A program made the position numbers and the translations under genes. A DNA stretch of 64,000 nucleotides from Candidatus Poribacteria bacterium (lineage in GTDB: Bacteria > Poribacteria > WGA-4E > UBA9662). Positions 30,534 through 40,778 of this stretch are shown piece by piece; within the stretch, counting starts at the first letter, position 1; every line of letters begins with the position of its first letter. The notes below the pieces were generated by a model, which did no database searches, had not been told where the DNA came from, and saw only the letters and a program-made list of their open reading frames with translations. Location of the stretch: positions 64,001-128,000 of the forward strand of contig JAYGDX010000413.1 in the NCBI GenBank assembly GCA_046582655.1, written 5' to 3'.

Positions 30534-33116
30534 TCAGGACTGATGAAAGTGAAACTGACCGTCCTCAAAGTCAACGTGAAGATCACTTTTATCACTAAAT
30601 TTGTCTTCAAGGAGTTGGATAGCTAAAGGATCTAGAATCTTACGCTGAATAGTGCGCCGAAGCGGTCTAGCGCCATAAATTTCGTCATAGCTTTGTTTAG
30701 CTAGTTCTTCCTTGGCCAATTCTGAAATCTGCAGGTTGATATTTTTATCCGACAGTCTCAGGGCAACTTGATCTAGTTCAAGCTGGACAATTTGCTTTAT
30801 GGATTTTAGGTCGAGCTGATTGAAAACAATCTGATCATCGATTCGATTAAGGAATTCGGGACGGAAATGCTGTTGTAAAGATTCCACAATCCGCCGATGA
30901 ACCTCGTCTGGATCCAAACTCTTATCATTGAACCATTGACTGCCAATATTTGAGGTCATGATGACAACAGTATTTTTGAAATCAACAACTCGCCCCTGAC
31001 CGTCTGTCAAGCGACCGTCATCGAAAAGTTGTAATAGTATATTGAGGACTTCAGGATGTGCTTTCTCAATCTCATCTAAAAGTATAACGGCATACGGTTT
31101 CCGTCGAATTGCTTCGGTCAATTGCCCACCCTCGTCGTAACCCACGTATCCAGGGGGAGCACCGATTAGCTTTGACACGGAGTGTTTCTCCATGTATTCA
31201 CTCATATCAATTCTAATTATGGTGTTTTCATCGTCAAATAGAAAAGCAGCTAAGGTCTTAGCAAGATGTGTTTTCCCAACACCAGTCGGCCCCATAAAGA
31301 TAAGAGAACTGATTGGCCTGTTCTGATCCTGTAAGCCAACACGGGACCTCCGTATCGCGTTAGACACAATAGCAATTGCTTCATCTTGACCGATGACATC
31401 TGCCTGAAGCCGAATTCCCATCTGAACCAGCTTTTGGATTTCACCTTCTAACATTTTAGCAACAGGAATACCTGTCCATTTTGAAACGACTTCAGCCACG
31501 TCATCTTGATCAACCTTTTCTTTCAGGAGTTGTCCTAATCCCTGCATCTTTTCCAAACTTGATTTAGCATTTCCAAGCTGTGATTCCAAACTTGGAAGAT
31601 CTCCGTATAGTATTCGTGACGCTAAGGTGAGATCTCCGGTGCGCCTAGCTTGTTCTTCCCTGATTTTCAACGTTTCGATCTGCTCCATAATCTCGCGGAT
31701 ACCTTGAAGCATCTCTTTTTCGTTGTGCCACTTGGCTTTGAGTTGGTTCCGTCTTTCCCCGAGATCGGATTGTTCGGAAGTGAGTTGGATTAGTCGTTCC
31801 TTTGAAGCCTCATCCTCCTCTTTGTCAAGTGCTTGCCGTTCAATCTCAAGCTGAATGATCTTACGATCAACTTCATCAATTTCTTGCGGCACACTATCAA
31901 TCTCAATTCTTAAACAAGATGCAGCCTCATCAATTAGATCTACTGCTTTGTCTGGCAGGAAACGATCCGAGATATAGCGGTTTGACAACGTCGCGGCTGC
32001 AACAATAGCGTTGTCCTGAATTTGGACACCGTGATGTGTTTCATAACGTTCCTTTAAGCCACGTAAGATCGCAATTGTCTCTTCAACTGACGGTTCACCG
32101 ACCATCACCGGTTGAAAACGTCTCTCCAATGCTGCGTCTTTTTCAACATGTCTGCGGTACTCATCAAGCGTAGAAGCACCAATACATCGCAACTCACCGC
32201 GTGCAAGCGCAGGCTTAAGCATGTTCGAGGCATCAACCGCTCCCTCTGCCGCTCCCGCGCCAACAATAGTGTGCAATTCATCAATAAACAGGATGACTCT
32301 GCCATCAGCTTGTTCGATTTCCTTCAACACAGCTTTTAACCGATCTTCAAACTCACCACGATACTTTGCGCCTGCTAGCATTGCACCAAGATCAAGGGCG
32401 ATTAATTTTTTGTCTTTCAGGGTCTCTGGAACATCGCCATTGACAATTCTCTGAGCTAGTCCCTCGACAATGGCTGTTTTCCCAACACCCGGTTCCCCTA
32501 TTAACACAGGATTATTTTTACGCCGACGTGATAACACCTGTAAAATTCGGCGCACTTCATCATCACGACCGATAACAGGATCAAGTTTTCCAGCTTGAGC
32601 TGCGAGTGTCAAATCCTGACCGAAGCGTGTAAGCGATTGATATTTCTCTTCGGCGTTCTGATCGGTAACCTGTTGTCCTCCGCGAATAGCGACAAGTGAC
32701 TTGAGAACCTGATCTTTGGTAACACCGTGATTCTTCAGAATTTTGGCGGCTTGACTCATCTTCTCTTCTACGATACCGATCAGAAGATGCTCAGTGCTCA
32801 GATACTCGTCTTTAAGATGAGTTGCTTCTTTTAAGGCTAGGTCAAAAACGCGTTTTAACGTGTGTGAGACAACCGGTTCCTGACCGGTTCCTTGTACTTT
32901 TGGGTTGCGATCACGTGCTTGATTTAATGCCAGTCTTATCCCCTCAACGTCTGCTCCAAGTTTCTGAAGAATCGGTTGGGTTACTCCATCCTCCTGGGTT
33001 ACTAATGCTTCAAGCAGATGATCCGGATTAATTTCTGGGCTTTGCGTTTGGACAGCTAGATCTTGTGCTTTTTGTATAATTTCTTGTGCTTTAATTGTAA
33101 ATTGATCGTATCTCAT
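30534..33116 (-). CDS. clpB: ATP-dependent chaperone ClpB
   Basis: Two AAA modules ([16 protein letters not shown]), long coiled-coil middle domain, GAPPGYVGY; 860 aa. Confidence 0.97.
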   Translation of the reverse strand: MRYDQFTIKAQEIIQKAQDLAVQTQSPEINPDHLLEALVTQEDGVTQPILQKLGADVEGIRLALNQARDRNPKVQGTGQEPVVSHTLKRVFDLALKEATHLKDEYLSTEHLLIGIVEEKMSQAAKILKNHGVTKDQVLKSLVAIRGGQQVTDQNAEEKYQSLTRFGQDLTLAAQAGKLDPVIGRDDEVRRILQVLSRRRKNNPVLIGEPGVGKTAIVEGLAQRIVNGDVPETLKDKKLIALDLGAMLAGAKYRGEFEDRLKAVLKEIEQADGRVILFIDELHTIVGAGAAEGAVDASNMLKPALARGELRCIGASTLDEYRRHVEKDAALERRFQPVMVGEPSVEETIAILRGLKERYETHHGVQIQDNAIVAAATLSNRYISDRFLPDKAVDLIDEAASCLRIEIDSVPQEIDEVDRKIIQLEIERQALDKEEDEASKERLIQLTSEQSDLGERRNQLKAKWHNEKEMLQGIREIMEQIETLKIREEQARRTGDLTLASRILYGDLPSLESQLGNAKSSLEKMQGLGQLLKEKVDQDDVAEVVSKWTGIPVAKMLEGEIQKLVQMGIRLQADVIGQDEAIAIVSNAIRRSRVGLQDQNRPISSLIFMGPTGVGKTHLAKTLAAFLFDDENTIIRIDMSEYMEKHSVSKLIGAPPGYVGYDEGGQLTEAIRRKPYAVILLDEIEKAHPEVLNILLQLFDDGRLTDGQGRVVDFKNTVVIMTSNIGSQWFNDKSLDPDEVHRRIVESLQQHFRPEFLNRIDDQIVFNQLDLKSIKQIVQLELDQVALRLSDKNINLQISELAKEELAKQSYDEIYGARPLRRTIQRKILDPLAIQLLEDKFSDKSDLHVDFEDGQFHFHQS

Positions 33117-33156
33117 TGTTAATACTCACCTCTGCTGTTTTATTTCCAGTGAAAGG

Positions 33157-33173
33157 AGCAAGTTTAATACCAA
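33157..33173 (-). promoter_or_regulatory. Putative sigma54 (-24/-12) promoter for clpB
   Basis: Minus strand TTGGTATTAAACTTGCT = GG-N10-GC, about 40 nt upstream of the clpB start; RBS GAGGTG lies between. Confidence 0.5.
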
Positions 33174-33456
33174 TTCCCAAATAGCATTGATTTTGGAAAG
33201 TCATAATCAGTTCCAACAAGATGGTTCATTAAAGATGACCGAATGATTTCCTTAGGGTTAATCTCGATTTTATCTTAAAGCCCGTGGTTTAGATTTGGAT
33301 ATCTTAAAAAACGTTGATTCCATAACAAAAGTTAGAGATTTTTGTCAAATTGGCATAGTTTGAGAAAGACTGTAGCTGATATTGGCATTTAAATTAGCTT
33401 GTTTATCTCCAAAATCACGTTACCCCGACCTTCCTTGGAGCACTTTAAGTTTTCAG

Positions 33457-33485
33457 TTGAATGGAAGATAGAATTGTGTTAGAAT
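33457..33485 (+). promoter_or_regulatory. Putative sigma70 promoter for the PspA-like cluster
   Basis: TTGAAT-N17-TAGAAT with TGn extended -10. Confidence 0.55.
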
Positions 33486-33502
33486 CCCCAAAATTTTAGG
33501 GT

Positions 33503-34369
33503 TTGGCTGAATGGCATATGGGCTTTATAAAAATGCTTTTTTATAAAACTGTTGAGACAGAAAAGCCAGAAAAAGATGAGAATCAGGACACCGATAACGA
33601 ACCAAATCCTTTCTTGGTGGATTTCCCTGAAGATACAGATGAAAGTCAAAATGAATCAAATCCTTTTCCACAGGATCCCACTAAAACTGGGCATAATAAT
33701 GATGAACCAAACCCTTTTCTGGAAAAAATAAACGAAGAAAACAGAAACTTCGAAACCTCAGAGGGGCCAGATGAAATTATTAATCAAGAAGACTTGAGTT
33801 CTGTTGATAGTGCTGTTTCTCAGATATTATTCGACCTACCCGCAGGTGAGTTCGATGATGATGAGAGCAGAATAGATATTGATAAAATTCTGACAGCTGG
33901 TGGAATTGATCGCAATTGGGAGCTAGATAGTGGTGAATACTCAGTTGAAAAAGTAATGCAACTGATTGAAGAAGGTGTCCCAAAAGAAAGTCTACCGCCT
34001 GTTATCAAAGTTTCAGGCAAGTCTGTTGAGGATATCGTTCAGGATGCTCTGCAAAAAGGAGCAATTTGCGAAGAGTTTGAAGAAAGCTATCAGCAAGAAC
34101 ACCATGCACAGGTTCAACAAACCGAGGACGATATGAAACAGATTGAACAGGAAACCAATCAGGAAATAGATCAGTTGAAAGCAGAAATGGACATGAGAAT
34201 CCAGGATCTGGAAGAAAATCGACAGAATAGTCTAAATGAGCTTCGAGCTAGGAAACAGGCTTTAATCCATAAATTCAACCAGGATATTAGCATTCTAAAT
34301 GACTACGAGGCTAAGTGCGCGGAAGTGGTAAAATTTCTCGGGCAACCCAAACCAAGTGAATCAGAATAA
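33503..34369 (+). CDS. Hypothetical acidic protein with three NPF repeats and a C-terminal coiled coil (likely start ATG at 33518)
   Basis: Long ORF; EPNPFL/ESNPFP/EPNPFL; Q/E-rich heptads in the last ~100 aa. Confidence 0.75.
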   Translation: MAEWHMGFIKMLFYKTVETEKPEKDENQDTDNEPNPFLVDFPEDTDESQNESNPFPQDPTKTGHNNDEPNPFLEKINEENRNFETSEGPDEIINQEDLSSVDSAVSQILFDLPAGEFDDDESRIDIDKILTAGGIDRNWELDSGEYSVEKVMQLIEEGVPKESLPPVIKVSGKSVEDIVQDALQKGAICEEFEESYQQEHHAQVQQTEDDMKQIEQETNQEIDQLKAEMDMRIQDLEENRQNSLNELRARKQALIHKFNQDISILNDYEAKCAEVVKFLGQPKPSESE

Positions 34370-34419
34370 TAGATTATTTAGTTTATTTTAAACATCAATA
34401 TATCTGAGGAGGCAGGAAA

Positions 34420-35184
34420 ATGGGTTTTTTTTCATCAGTCCTTATTCGAATCAAGGGTTTTTTCCTTCAAGCAGGAGATGACATCGTTTCAGGAAGCACA
34501 TCAAGCATCAAAGCAACTTACAGAACAATAGAAGAACAAGAAATTAAACGTTACAACCAGATGCTTGATGCTGTTTCTTCACTTGCACGGCAAAGGGCGC
34601 AAACAGAACAGGAGATCCAAAAAGACGAAGAGCAACTCAGCGAATCGGAGCAGGAAATGGAAGGGGCCTTAGCTATTGCTGAGCGTGAACCCGAAAACCA
34701 ACAAGTGCATGAAGAAGCCTACAATCGCGCTTTCACAAGAAAGGAAGAATTAGAAGTTCATCTAGAACAGCGTCAAGGTAAGTTTGAAGAACTAGACCAG
34801 AAGGTTGAAAACTACAAAATCGAACTTGGCAATTTCCAGGAACGTGTTCAGTCATTGAAACAAGAAGGTGATGAAGCCGTCGCTGATTTGATCAGCAGTG
34901 AATCAATTGTTCGAATCGAGCAGAGACTACAAGGTCTTTCAACAGAGGGTACGGATCAGGCATTAGATGCCGTTCGTCGCAAAGTTCAGGATACAAAGGC
35001 TAAGGCACAAATTTCTTCTGAGATTGGCGGCACGAATGTGTCCCGTCAACGCGAACGCTATCGAGCTGCAGCTAAGCAGAGTACTGGAACCAATGAGTTC
35101 TCAGAGAGACTGAAACAAAGACAGCAGACAAAGGAGGGTCAATCCCAGACAGAAACAGCAGAGGAACGCAAGTTAGGAGAATAG
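34420..35184 (+). CDS. PspA/IM30 (Vipp1/ESCRT-III superfamily)-like protein
   Basis: 254 aa, all-helical; N-terminal amphipathic MGFFSSVLIRIKGFF; long coiled-coil hairpin; RRKV...KAKA..SSE and final EFSERLK helix as in PspA; strong RBS GAGGAGG. Confidence 0.75.
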   Translation: MGFFSSVLIRIKGFFLQAGDDIVSGSTSSIKATYRTIEEQEIKRYNQMLDAVSSLARQRAQTEQEIQKDEEQLSESEQEMEGALAIAEREPENQQVHEEAYNRAFTRKEELEVHLEQRQGKFEELDQKVENYKIELGNFQERVQSLKQEGDEAVADLISSESIVRIEQRLQGLSTEGTDQALDAVRRKVQDTKAKAQISSEIGGTNVSRQRERYRAAAKQSTGTNEFSERLKQRQQTKEGQSQTETAEERKLGE

Positions 35185-35296
35185 GATATTTTATATTCGA
35201 ATTTCGATTCAAGATTGCCGTAGCTAGCAACTAGCATTCCATAATCCTCTCCAATCAATCCTTACAACTTCACTTAAAAGTAGGAGAAATACAGTA

Positions 35297-36859
35297 ATGG
35301 CGGAACAAAAATTGGCACTTGGCCGGATCTTTATGATACTCGTTATTCTTACAGCTGTCATCGGTGGCCTTGCTTACAAATATGTGATTCCCAAACTTCA
35401 AGAAAACCAACAAGCGAAAAAATACGATCAAGCCAGTAGCGGTGGTCGTTTCGATACCAATATCACCGTTGCCGGTGATCCGTGGTCTGGTTATAGTCTC
35501 TTTCGCTCCGATCGATTCCGTACGGTTCTTTCCCAACTTCAGATTGGTTACCGCTATGAAACAGAGGAAGATCTGGAAAAACGTTTTCAAGGATTGGTCA
35601 ATGGCAAATATGATTTTGTGGTCGCCACAATCGACGGCTATACACTCAATGCCATCAACTTGAACTATCCAGGCGTTATTATCTTTTTGGTAGATGAATC
35701 CAACGGTGGCGATTCGGTTGTCGCCAGTTCAAAAATTCAAGCTCTAGACGATTTAGAGGGTGCAAAGGTCTCCTACTCGAAAGGTTTCCCCAGTGAACAT
35801 CTATTAGATGTCACATTGACACACTTCGACATTCTTAGCATTAAGCGTATGCCGGTGACTGATGGACTTTCAGAGAAATCCTACCAAATGTTGAAACAAG
35901 GACAGGTTGAGGCAGCAGTTGTATGGGAACCTGAAACATCACGTGCTATTCAGGAAGGCTACACCTTATTAACCAGCACCAAAGATAGTGATGACATTAT
36001 CATCGATGTCTGCATCGCCTCACGCCAAATCGTTACAAGCAATCCACAAGTTGTACAGAAAGTGACTCGCGCATATTTTAAGACGCTTGATTATTACCAA
36101 AAACGAGAATCTGAATTCATCCAGTATCTAGCGGAAGATGGAGGGGTTGATCAATCAGTGGCGAAAAACATCATGAATGGTATCGACTTTATCGATCTGA
36201 GGGAAAACCATCACCTCTGGTTTGGCATAGGTCAGACTGCCACTGACAAGATTGCAAAGGTTATTGAAGATACAATTAGTGTTCAACAATTTCATGATAA
36301 ATTGATGACAGACCCATTTGCCAGCAAACCCGGTGGAGCATATTGGATAGTGAATAAGGATTTTCTCAGCCAGTTGACCCCGAGTGCGGCACCTCAAATC
36401 AAAGGCATGCCAGAAAAAGAGGTGGCACCGCCACCAGTTGAGACTAAGCGGCAATTTACCAGGATGAAAGCCGAGGAGATTGAAAGTAAAACTCAACGCA
36501 TCGGTGAAATGAGAGTTGATCCCATCTACTTCGGTAGCGGTTCGGCAAAGTTAAGTCAACAGTCGAAACTAGTTGTTGATAAATTTTCCGATACTCTTCT
36601 CCACTATCCGAACTACCGTTTGGTCCTGCATGGTTACTCATCTCCTACCGGTTCATCCCAGATCAACATGGACCTCTCCAGGAAACGCGCTGGATCAATT
36701 GCCCAGTATCTGGTTCGAGAACACAGTGTTCAAGGCAGCCGGATTAATACTGTCGCTCATGGTGACAGAGAACCACTCGAACGCGACCAAAATGAGGCTT
36801 ATGCTGATTGGTTGGAACGAAACCAACGTACTGAATTTGTGCTGGTCAAAGACAGATAA
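35297..36859 (+). CDS. Membrane-anchored NMT1/THI5-type solute-binding protein fused to an OmpA-like C-terminal domain
   Basis: N-terminal TM; D.WSGY, DESNGGD, AAVVWEP, IIDV; then IYFGSGSA.L, HGYS...NMDLSRKRA, NQRTEF. Confidence 0.85.
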   Translation: MAEQKLALGRIFMILVILTAVIGGLAYKYVIPKLQENQQAKKYDQASSGGRFDTNITVAGDPWSGYSLFRSDRFRTVLSQLQIGYRYETEEDLEKRFQGLVNGKYDFVVATIDGYTLNAINLNYPGVIIFLVDESNGGDSVVASSKIQALDDLEGAKVSYSKGFPSEHLLDVTLTHFDILSIKRMPVTDGLSEKSYQMLKQGQVEAAVVWEPETSRAIQEGYTLLTSTKDSDDIIIDVCIASRQIVTSNPQVVQKVTRAYFKTLDYYQKRESEFIQYLAEDGGVDQSVAKNIMNGIDFIDLRENHHLWFGIGQTATDKIAKVIEDTISVQQFHDKLMTDPFASKPGGAYWIVNKDFLSQLTPSAAPQIKGMPEKEVAPPPVETKRQFTRMKAEEIESKTQRIGEMRVDPIYFGSGSAKLSQQSKLVVDKFSDTLLHYPNYRLVLHGYSSPTGSSQINMDLSRKRAGSIAQYLVREHSVQGSRINTVAHGDREPLERDQNEAYADWLERNQRTEFVLVKDR

Positions 36860-36878
36860 AGTTTAACGGAGGCAAAAA

Positions 36879-37871
36879 TTGAGACATAAATTACAAATAT
36901 ATTTATCTTATTTCCTTATTTCCTGTTTACTTGTGTTCATTAGCAATCAAGTCATATACGCAAAACCAGTTAAGGTCGGTGTTTCTATCTGGACAGGCTG
37001 GATGCCAATTTACTTGATGGAGGAGAAAGGATTCCTTAAAAGACGGGCACAAGAATACGGAGTTGAGATTGAACTTAGGAAGTTCAAGGATTATCTTGCC
37101 TCTGTACAGGCGTTTACCGCTGGGGAACTGGATGCCTGTGCAATGACAATCATGGATGCGCTTCCACCGGCTGATGCGGGAATTGATGTTGCTGCCGTGC
37201 TCGTCAATGATTTCAGTAAAGGTGGAGATGGCATTCTGGTTCAATATGGTATTGATGGCTCAAACTTTAAAGGCGTAGAAATACTACTTGAAGAATTCTC
37301 AGTTTCACATTATTTACTTCTTCGTTATCTAGAAACGATTGGGTTAACAGAAAGGGATGTTACGATAAAAAACACGCCTGGTGATGATGCGGGACGCGCT
37401 TTTATAGCAGGAAGAGCAGAAGCGGTTGTTACATGGAATCCACACCTTTTTCTGGCCGAGGAGGCAGGACGCGGCTACGTTTTGTTTAACAGTAAAAAGA
37501 TCCCCGGTGAAATTATCGACTTGGTGGTATTTAATAACAAACGTTTAAAGCAAAACCCCAGAGTTGCTCAAGCTTTCGTCTCCGCTTGGTATGATGCCAT
37601 GGACATGATTAAGAATCCTGAAACGCGGCAGGAAGCCATTAGCATTATGTCGGAGTTGGCTGGTACTAAACCGGCAGAATTCAATAAAATGCTTGGAGGA
37701 ACAGATCTGTTTTTGGATCCTCAACGTGCCATAGACCTCCTCAACAGTAAAGAAATCCAAAATACGGAGAGGAAAGTAGTCAAATTCGCGAAAAGTCATG
37801 GACTAATCAACGATAAGGTCAATCTCAAATACGATGCAACGATTATTCAAGCTGTTCGCCCAGCAAAATGA
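36879..37871 (+). CDS. ABC transporter substrate-binding protein (NitT/TauT, urea-carboxylase-associated type)
   Basis: Signal peptide; SIWTGWMP, DY..SVQAF, NDFSKGGDGI, SVSHYLL.R, VTWNP, IPGEIIDL. Confidence 0.85.
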   Translation: MRHKLQIYLSYFLISCLLVFISNQVIYAKPVKVGVSIWTGWMPIYLMEEKGFLKRRAQEYGVEIELRKFKDYLASVQAFTAGELDACAMTIMDALPPADAGIDVAAVLVNDFSKGGDGILVQYGIDGSNFKGVEILLEEFSVSHYLLLRYLETIGLTERDVTIKNTPGDDAGRAFIAGRAEAVVTWNPHLFLAEEAGRGYVLFNSKKIPGEIIDLVVFNNKRLKQNPRVAQAFVSAWYDAMDMIKNPETRQEAISIMSELAGTKPAEFNKMLGGTDLFLDPQRAIDLLNSKEIQNTERKVVKFAKSHGLINDKVNLKYDATIIQAVRPAK

Positions 37872-38689
37872 GTGTGCGGAAATTATACCGAGTTGGAGAA
37901 GAAATTGATGCGCGATTGGCATCACTTTTAGTTCTTCTGCCTATTGTCTTTGTCATAGCGCTGTATCTCTACGGATCACATAAACGGCATCAGGAAAACC
38001 CAAAAGATCGAATGATGCCAAACCTGAAACAGATTCAAACAGGAATTGTCAAAACAGTTGAAGTTAACTGCCGGACCGGCGATAGATGGCTATTGAAGGA
38101 TCTCAAATATAGCCTCCGTTTGATGGTTCTTAGTGTAGCTATCACTGTCACCTGCGCCGTACTCGTTGGATTACACATGGCCTGCTTCTCAGTCATTGAA
38201 GCGTTGCATATGAAGTTTGTCCGTTTTGTCAGTTTCATCCCGCCTCTAGCTCTTTTGCCCCTAATATTCATTTTTGTTGGCACGGACACACCGGCCAAAA
38301 TACTGCTCATCTTTCTGGGAACATATTTCATTCTAGTGATGGATGTTTTTCTAGCTTGTAAAGATGTACCGAGGAAGCTGATACAGAAGGCTTACACCAT
38401 GGGAGCATCAACTGTAGAAGTTGTCTTCAAAGTTGTGCTGATGTTCGCTTGGCCTAGAATCCTTAACAGCATCCGCTTTACGCTTCGACAGGCTTGGATA
38501 TTTTTAATCGCCGCCGAGATGATCGCCTCTGAAGCTGGACTCGGTTACCGCATTATACTGGTTCAGAGACAGATAGGTGTCAATATCATTTTATGGTACA
38601 TTTTTATCATTGGCGCCATCGGGTTTACCTGTGATTTCATATTGTTAAAGATCATTCAAACACGTTACGCTTGGAGTTTGGAGAAATAG
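37868..38689 (+). CDS. ABC transporter permease (NitT/TauT family)
   Basis: IPPLALLP, KAYTMGAS EAA loop, AWIFLIAAEMIA..GLGYRI; 4-nt overlap with the upstream gene. Confidence 0.9.
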   Translation: MSVRKLYRVGEEIDARLASLLVLLPIVFVIALYLYGSHKRHQENPKDRMMPNLKQIQTGIVKTVEVNCRTGDRWLLKDLKYSLRLMVLSVAITVTCAVLVGLHMACFSVIEALHMKFVRFVSFIPPLALLPLIFIFVGTDTPAKILLIFLGTYFILVMDVFLACKDVPRKLIQKAYTMGASTVEVVFKVVLMFAWPRILNSIRFTLRQAWIFLIAAEMIASEAGLGYRIILVQRQIGVNIILWYIFIIGAIGFTCDFILLKIIQTRYAWSLEK

Positions 38690-38695
38690 AAATTC

Positions 38696-39580
38696 ATGCC
38701 TGAATCCTCATTGGCATTGGAGATTAAGGACCTGGTACTTGTTTTTAAGGATCAAAAAACGACAAAGGTTGTTCTCGATGGCATCAACTTACAGGTCAAA
38801 CGGGGCGAATTCGTTGCTATTGTTGGGCCCAGCGGTTGCGGTAAGTCATCGTTGTTAAACCTGATTGCTGGATTCATGCATCCCACTTCAGGCCAAATCT
38901 TGGTCGATGGAGAGCCCGTCAAGGGACCTAGTCGTAATACAGGCATTGTGTTTCAGGACTATACGCTTTTTCCTTGGTTGACAGTAATTGATAATGTAGC
39001 TTACGGTATGGAATTAGAGGAAATCAATTTTCTTATGAAATGGATTCGTCCTTTTCGTTTTAGGCAATTGCATCGTAGTTACAGAGAAAAGGCAAGGCTT
39101 TATCTCCAGGAAATGGGTTTGAAGGAAGCCGAACGCAAGAAACCTCATCAATTATCAGGTGGGATGAAGCAAAGGGTAGCCATCGCCCAGGAGATTATTC
39201 GAAAACCATCAATTTTACTCATGGATGAACCGTTTGGTGCCCTTGATCCACAAACACGAGAGGTGCTTCAAATATTAATCCTAAAAATTCACGAACAGGA
39301 ACAAAATACCGTTTTTTTCGTAACGCACGATTTGGAAGAAGCAGTCTACGTGGCTGAACGTGTGATTGTTCTCTCACAGTATAAGCTACATGACGACAAT
39401 GAGGGCGCCACAATTGTTAAAGATGTCCACGCTCCGGTGTTTAAATCCACGGACGTGAAACGAACAGGAGACTTTGGAGGATTAGTCCAAGATATTCGGA
39501 TGTCAGGGTTTGCACCGGATCAGAAAGGTATTGTGGAAGCATTTGACCAAAGTTATCGAAACAAAGCAGATAACCAGTAG
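38696..39580 (+). CDS. ABC transporter ATP-binding protein (NitT/TauT family)
   Basis: GPSGCGKS, LSGGMKQRVAIA, MDEPFGALD, VTHD. Confidence 0.93.
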   Translation: MPESSLALEIKDLVLVFKDQKTTKVVLDGINLQVKRGEFVAIVGPSGCGKSSLLNLIAGFMHPTSGQILVDGEPVKGPSRNTGIVFQDYTLFPWLTVIDNVAYGMELEEINFLMKWIRPFRFRQLHRSYREKARLYLQEMGLKEAERKKPHQLSGGMKQRVAIAQEIIRKPSILLMDEPFGALDPQTREVLQILILKIHEQEQNTVFFVTHDLEEAVYVAERVIVLSQYKLHDDNEGATIVKDVHAPVFKSTDVKRTGDFGGLVQDIRMSGFAPDQKGIVEAFDQSYRNKADNQ

Positions 39581-39718
39581 GACTTTGTCTACTTTTCACC
39601 TCTGATCACTTACTCAAAGCCCACTTGAATATTCAACGATAGAAATCCACTGATATTTTAGCCAACTTTCGCGCAGGATGTTGGATCTAGATCGATTGAG
39701 CGTACTTAGAAAGTCACA

Positions 39719-40555
39719 ATGCCTATCCACCAAGACAATGATCTTTCATACCAGAAATTGACTTGGAATTTATTTAAAGAGTGTCTTTTTCAGCCTCTTT
39801 TTTATGGTCCAGCGGCGGCTGGAATTTTCTTAGGATTTATTGATCAACCTGTTCTTGCCCTAGGGGCATTTCTCGCTAGTACTATATCGTTGTCATACTA
39901 TTTTCTTCTAGGTAAAGCACCACGTAAGCGGATACAACAACAGATTGAAGACCAGATTCAACATAACGACGAGGAACGAACTCGTCTGGATCAGGAGAGC
40001 CGAGAGGAACTTCATCAGAAACTTGACGAACGCGGTAGATCCCATTTTGAGAACTTGATCAAACTGGAACAAATACTTGATGAAAAGATCACGAATTTAG
40101 GTAATCAATTGGTGGTCAATCAGTTGATGCAGATGTCCAGAGAGGTCACTTTCGAATCGATAAAATCCTTAAAAAGCCGAATCACTTATAAATCGCTGTT
40201 AGAACAGTTCGATGTTCAAAAGTTGCAGCAAGACCTGAATGAAACAAAATCAAAGTATGAAGATGAGAAAGATATCAACCTCAAAAGAGAATACCGTCAG
40301 ACAATACAAGCATTGACCAACGAACTTAACCAACTTAAAAAGCTAGAGACGGCAATGGAACAACTGGAACAGGACATAATTACTGCGCAATCTTCGCTTC
40401 GGGGCACTATTCTTCTTGTATCTCAACCACAGTCAGCCGATCATACCTCACGTCTAGAGCAACAAGTAGCTAAATTGCGAGATGAAGTGGAAGTTGCTAA
40501 AAAAGTTAATCAAGAATTAGCAGATTTTGGTATCAATCCTCAGGTTAAAGCTTAG
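39719..40555 (+). CDS. Membrane-anchored coiled-coil protein, hypothetical
   Basis: Two N-terminal hydrophobic segments followed by about 200 aa of helical heptads. Confidence 0.75.
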   Translation: MPIHQDNDLSYQKLTWNLFKECLFQPLFYGPAAAGIFLGFIDQPVLALGAFLASTISLSYYFLLGKAPRKRIQQQIEDQIQHNDEERTRLDQESREELHQKLDERGRSHFENLIKLEQILDEKITNLGNQLVVNQLMQMSREVTFESIKSLKSRITYKSLLEQFDVQKLQQDLNETKSKYEDEKDINLKREYRQTIQALTNELNQLKKLETAMEQLEQDIITAQSSLRGTILLVSQPQSADHTSRLEQQVAKLRDEVEVAKKVNQELADFGINPQVKA

Positions 40556-40690
40556 TGGCTTGTGGGATTCTTGACTCGACGGATCATTTCAACCTATCAA
40601 CTTTACTTGCAATAAAATACTCTTAGATTCCACACTTGTTAAATTTCCCACCTCAATTAACACCCCTAAACACCCTAGCAGTCTAAGCAA

Positions 40691-40719
40691 TTGCATAATC
40701 CTTATAAAGATGTCATAAT
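40691..40719 (+). promoter_or_regulatory. Possible internal promoter upstream of the AAA+ ATPase
   Basis: TTGCAT-N17-CATAAT. Confidence 0.3.
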
Positions 40720-40778
40720 ATGAACTTGTCCCTTTGAAACAGTAAACACCTTAATTTTCAAAACAGCAGACTGAGAAA

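Noticed and set aside
33348..33400. Sigma54 promoter for the PspA-like cluster (ttggcatag..., ttggcatttaaattagc)
   Set aside because: GG-to-GC spacing is wrong (11 nt or no GC); a sigma70-like promoter fits better
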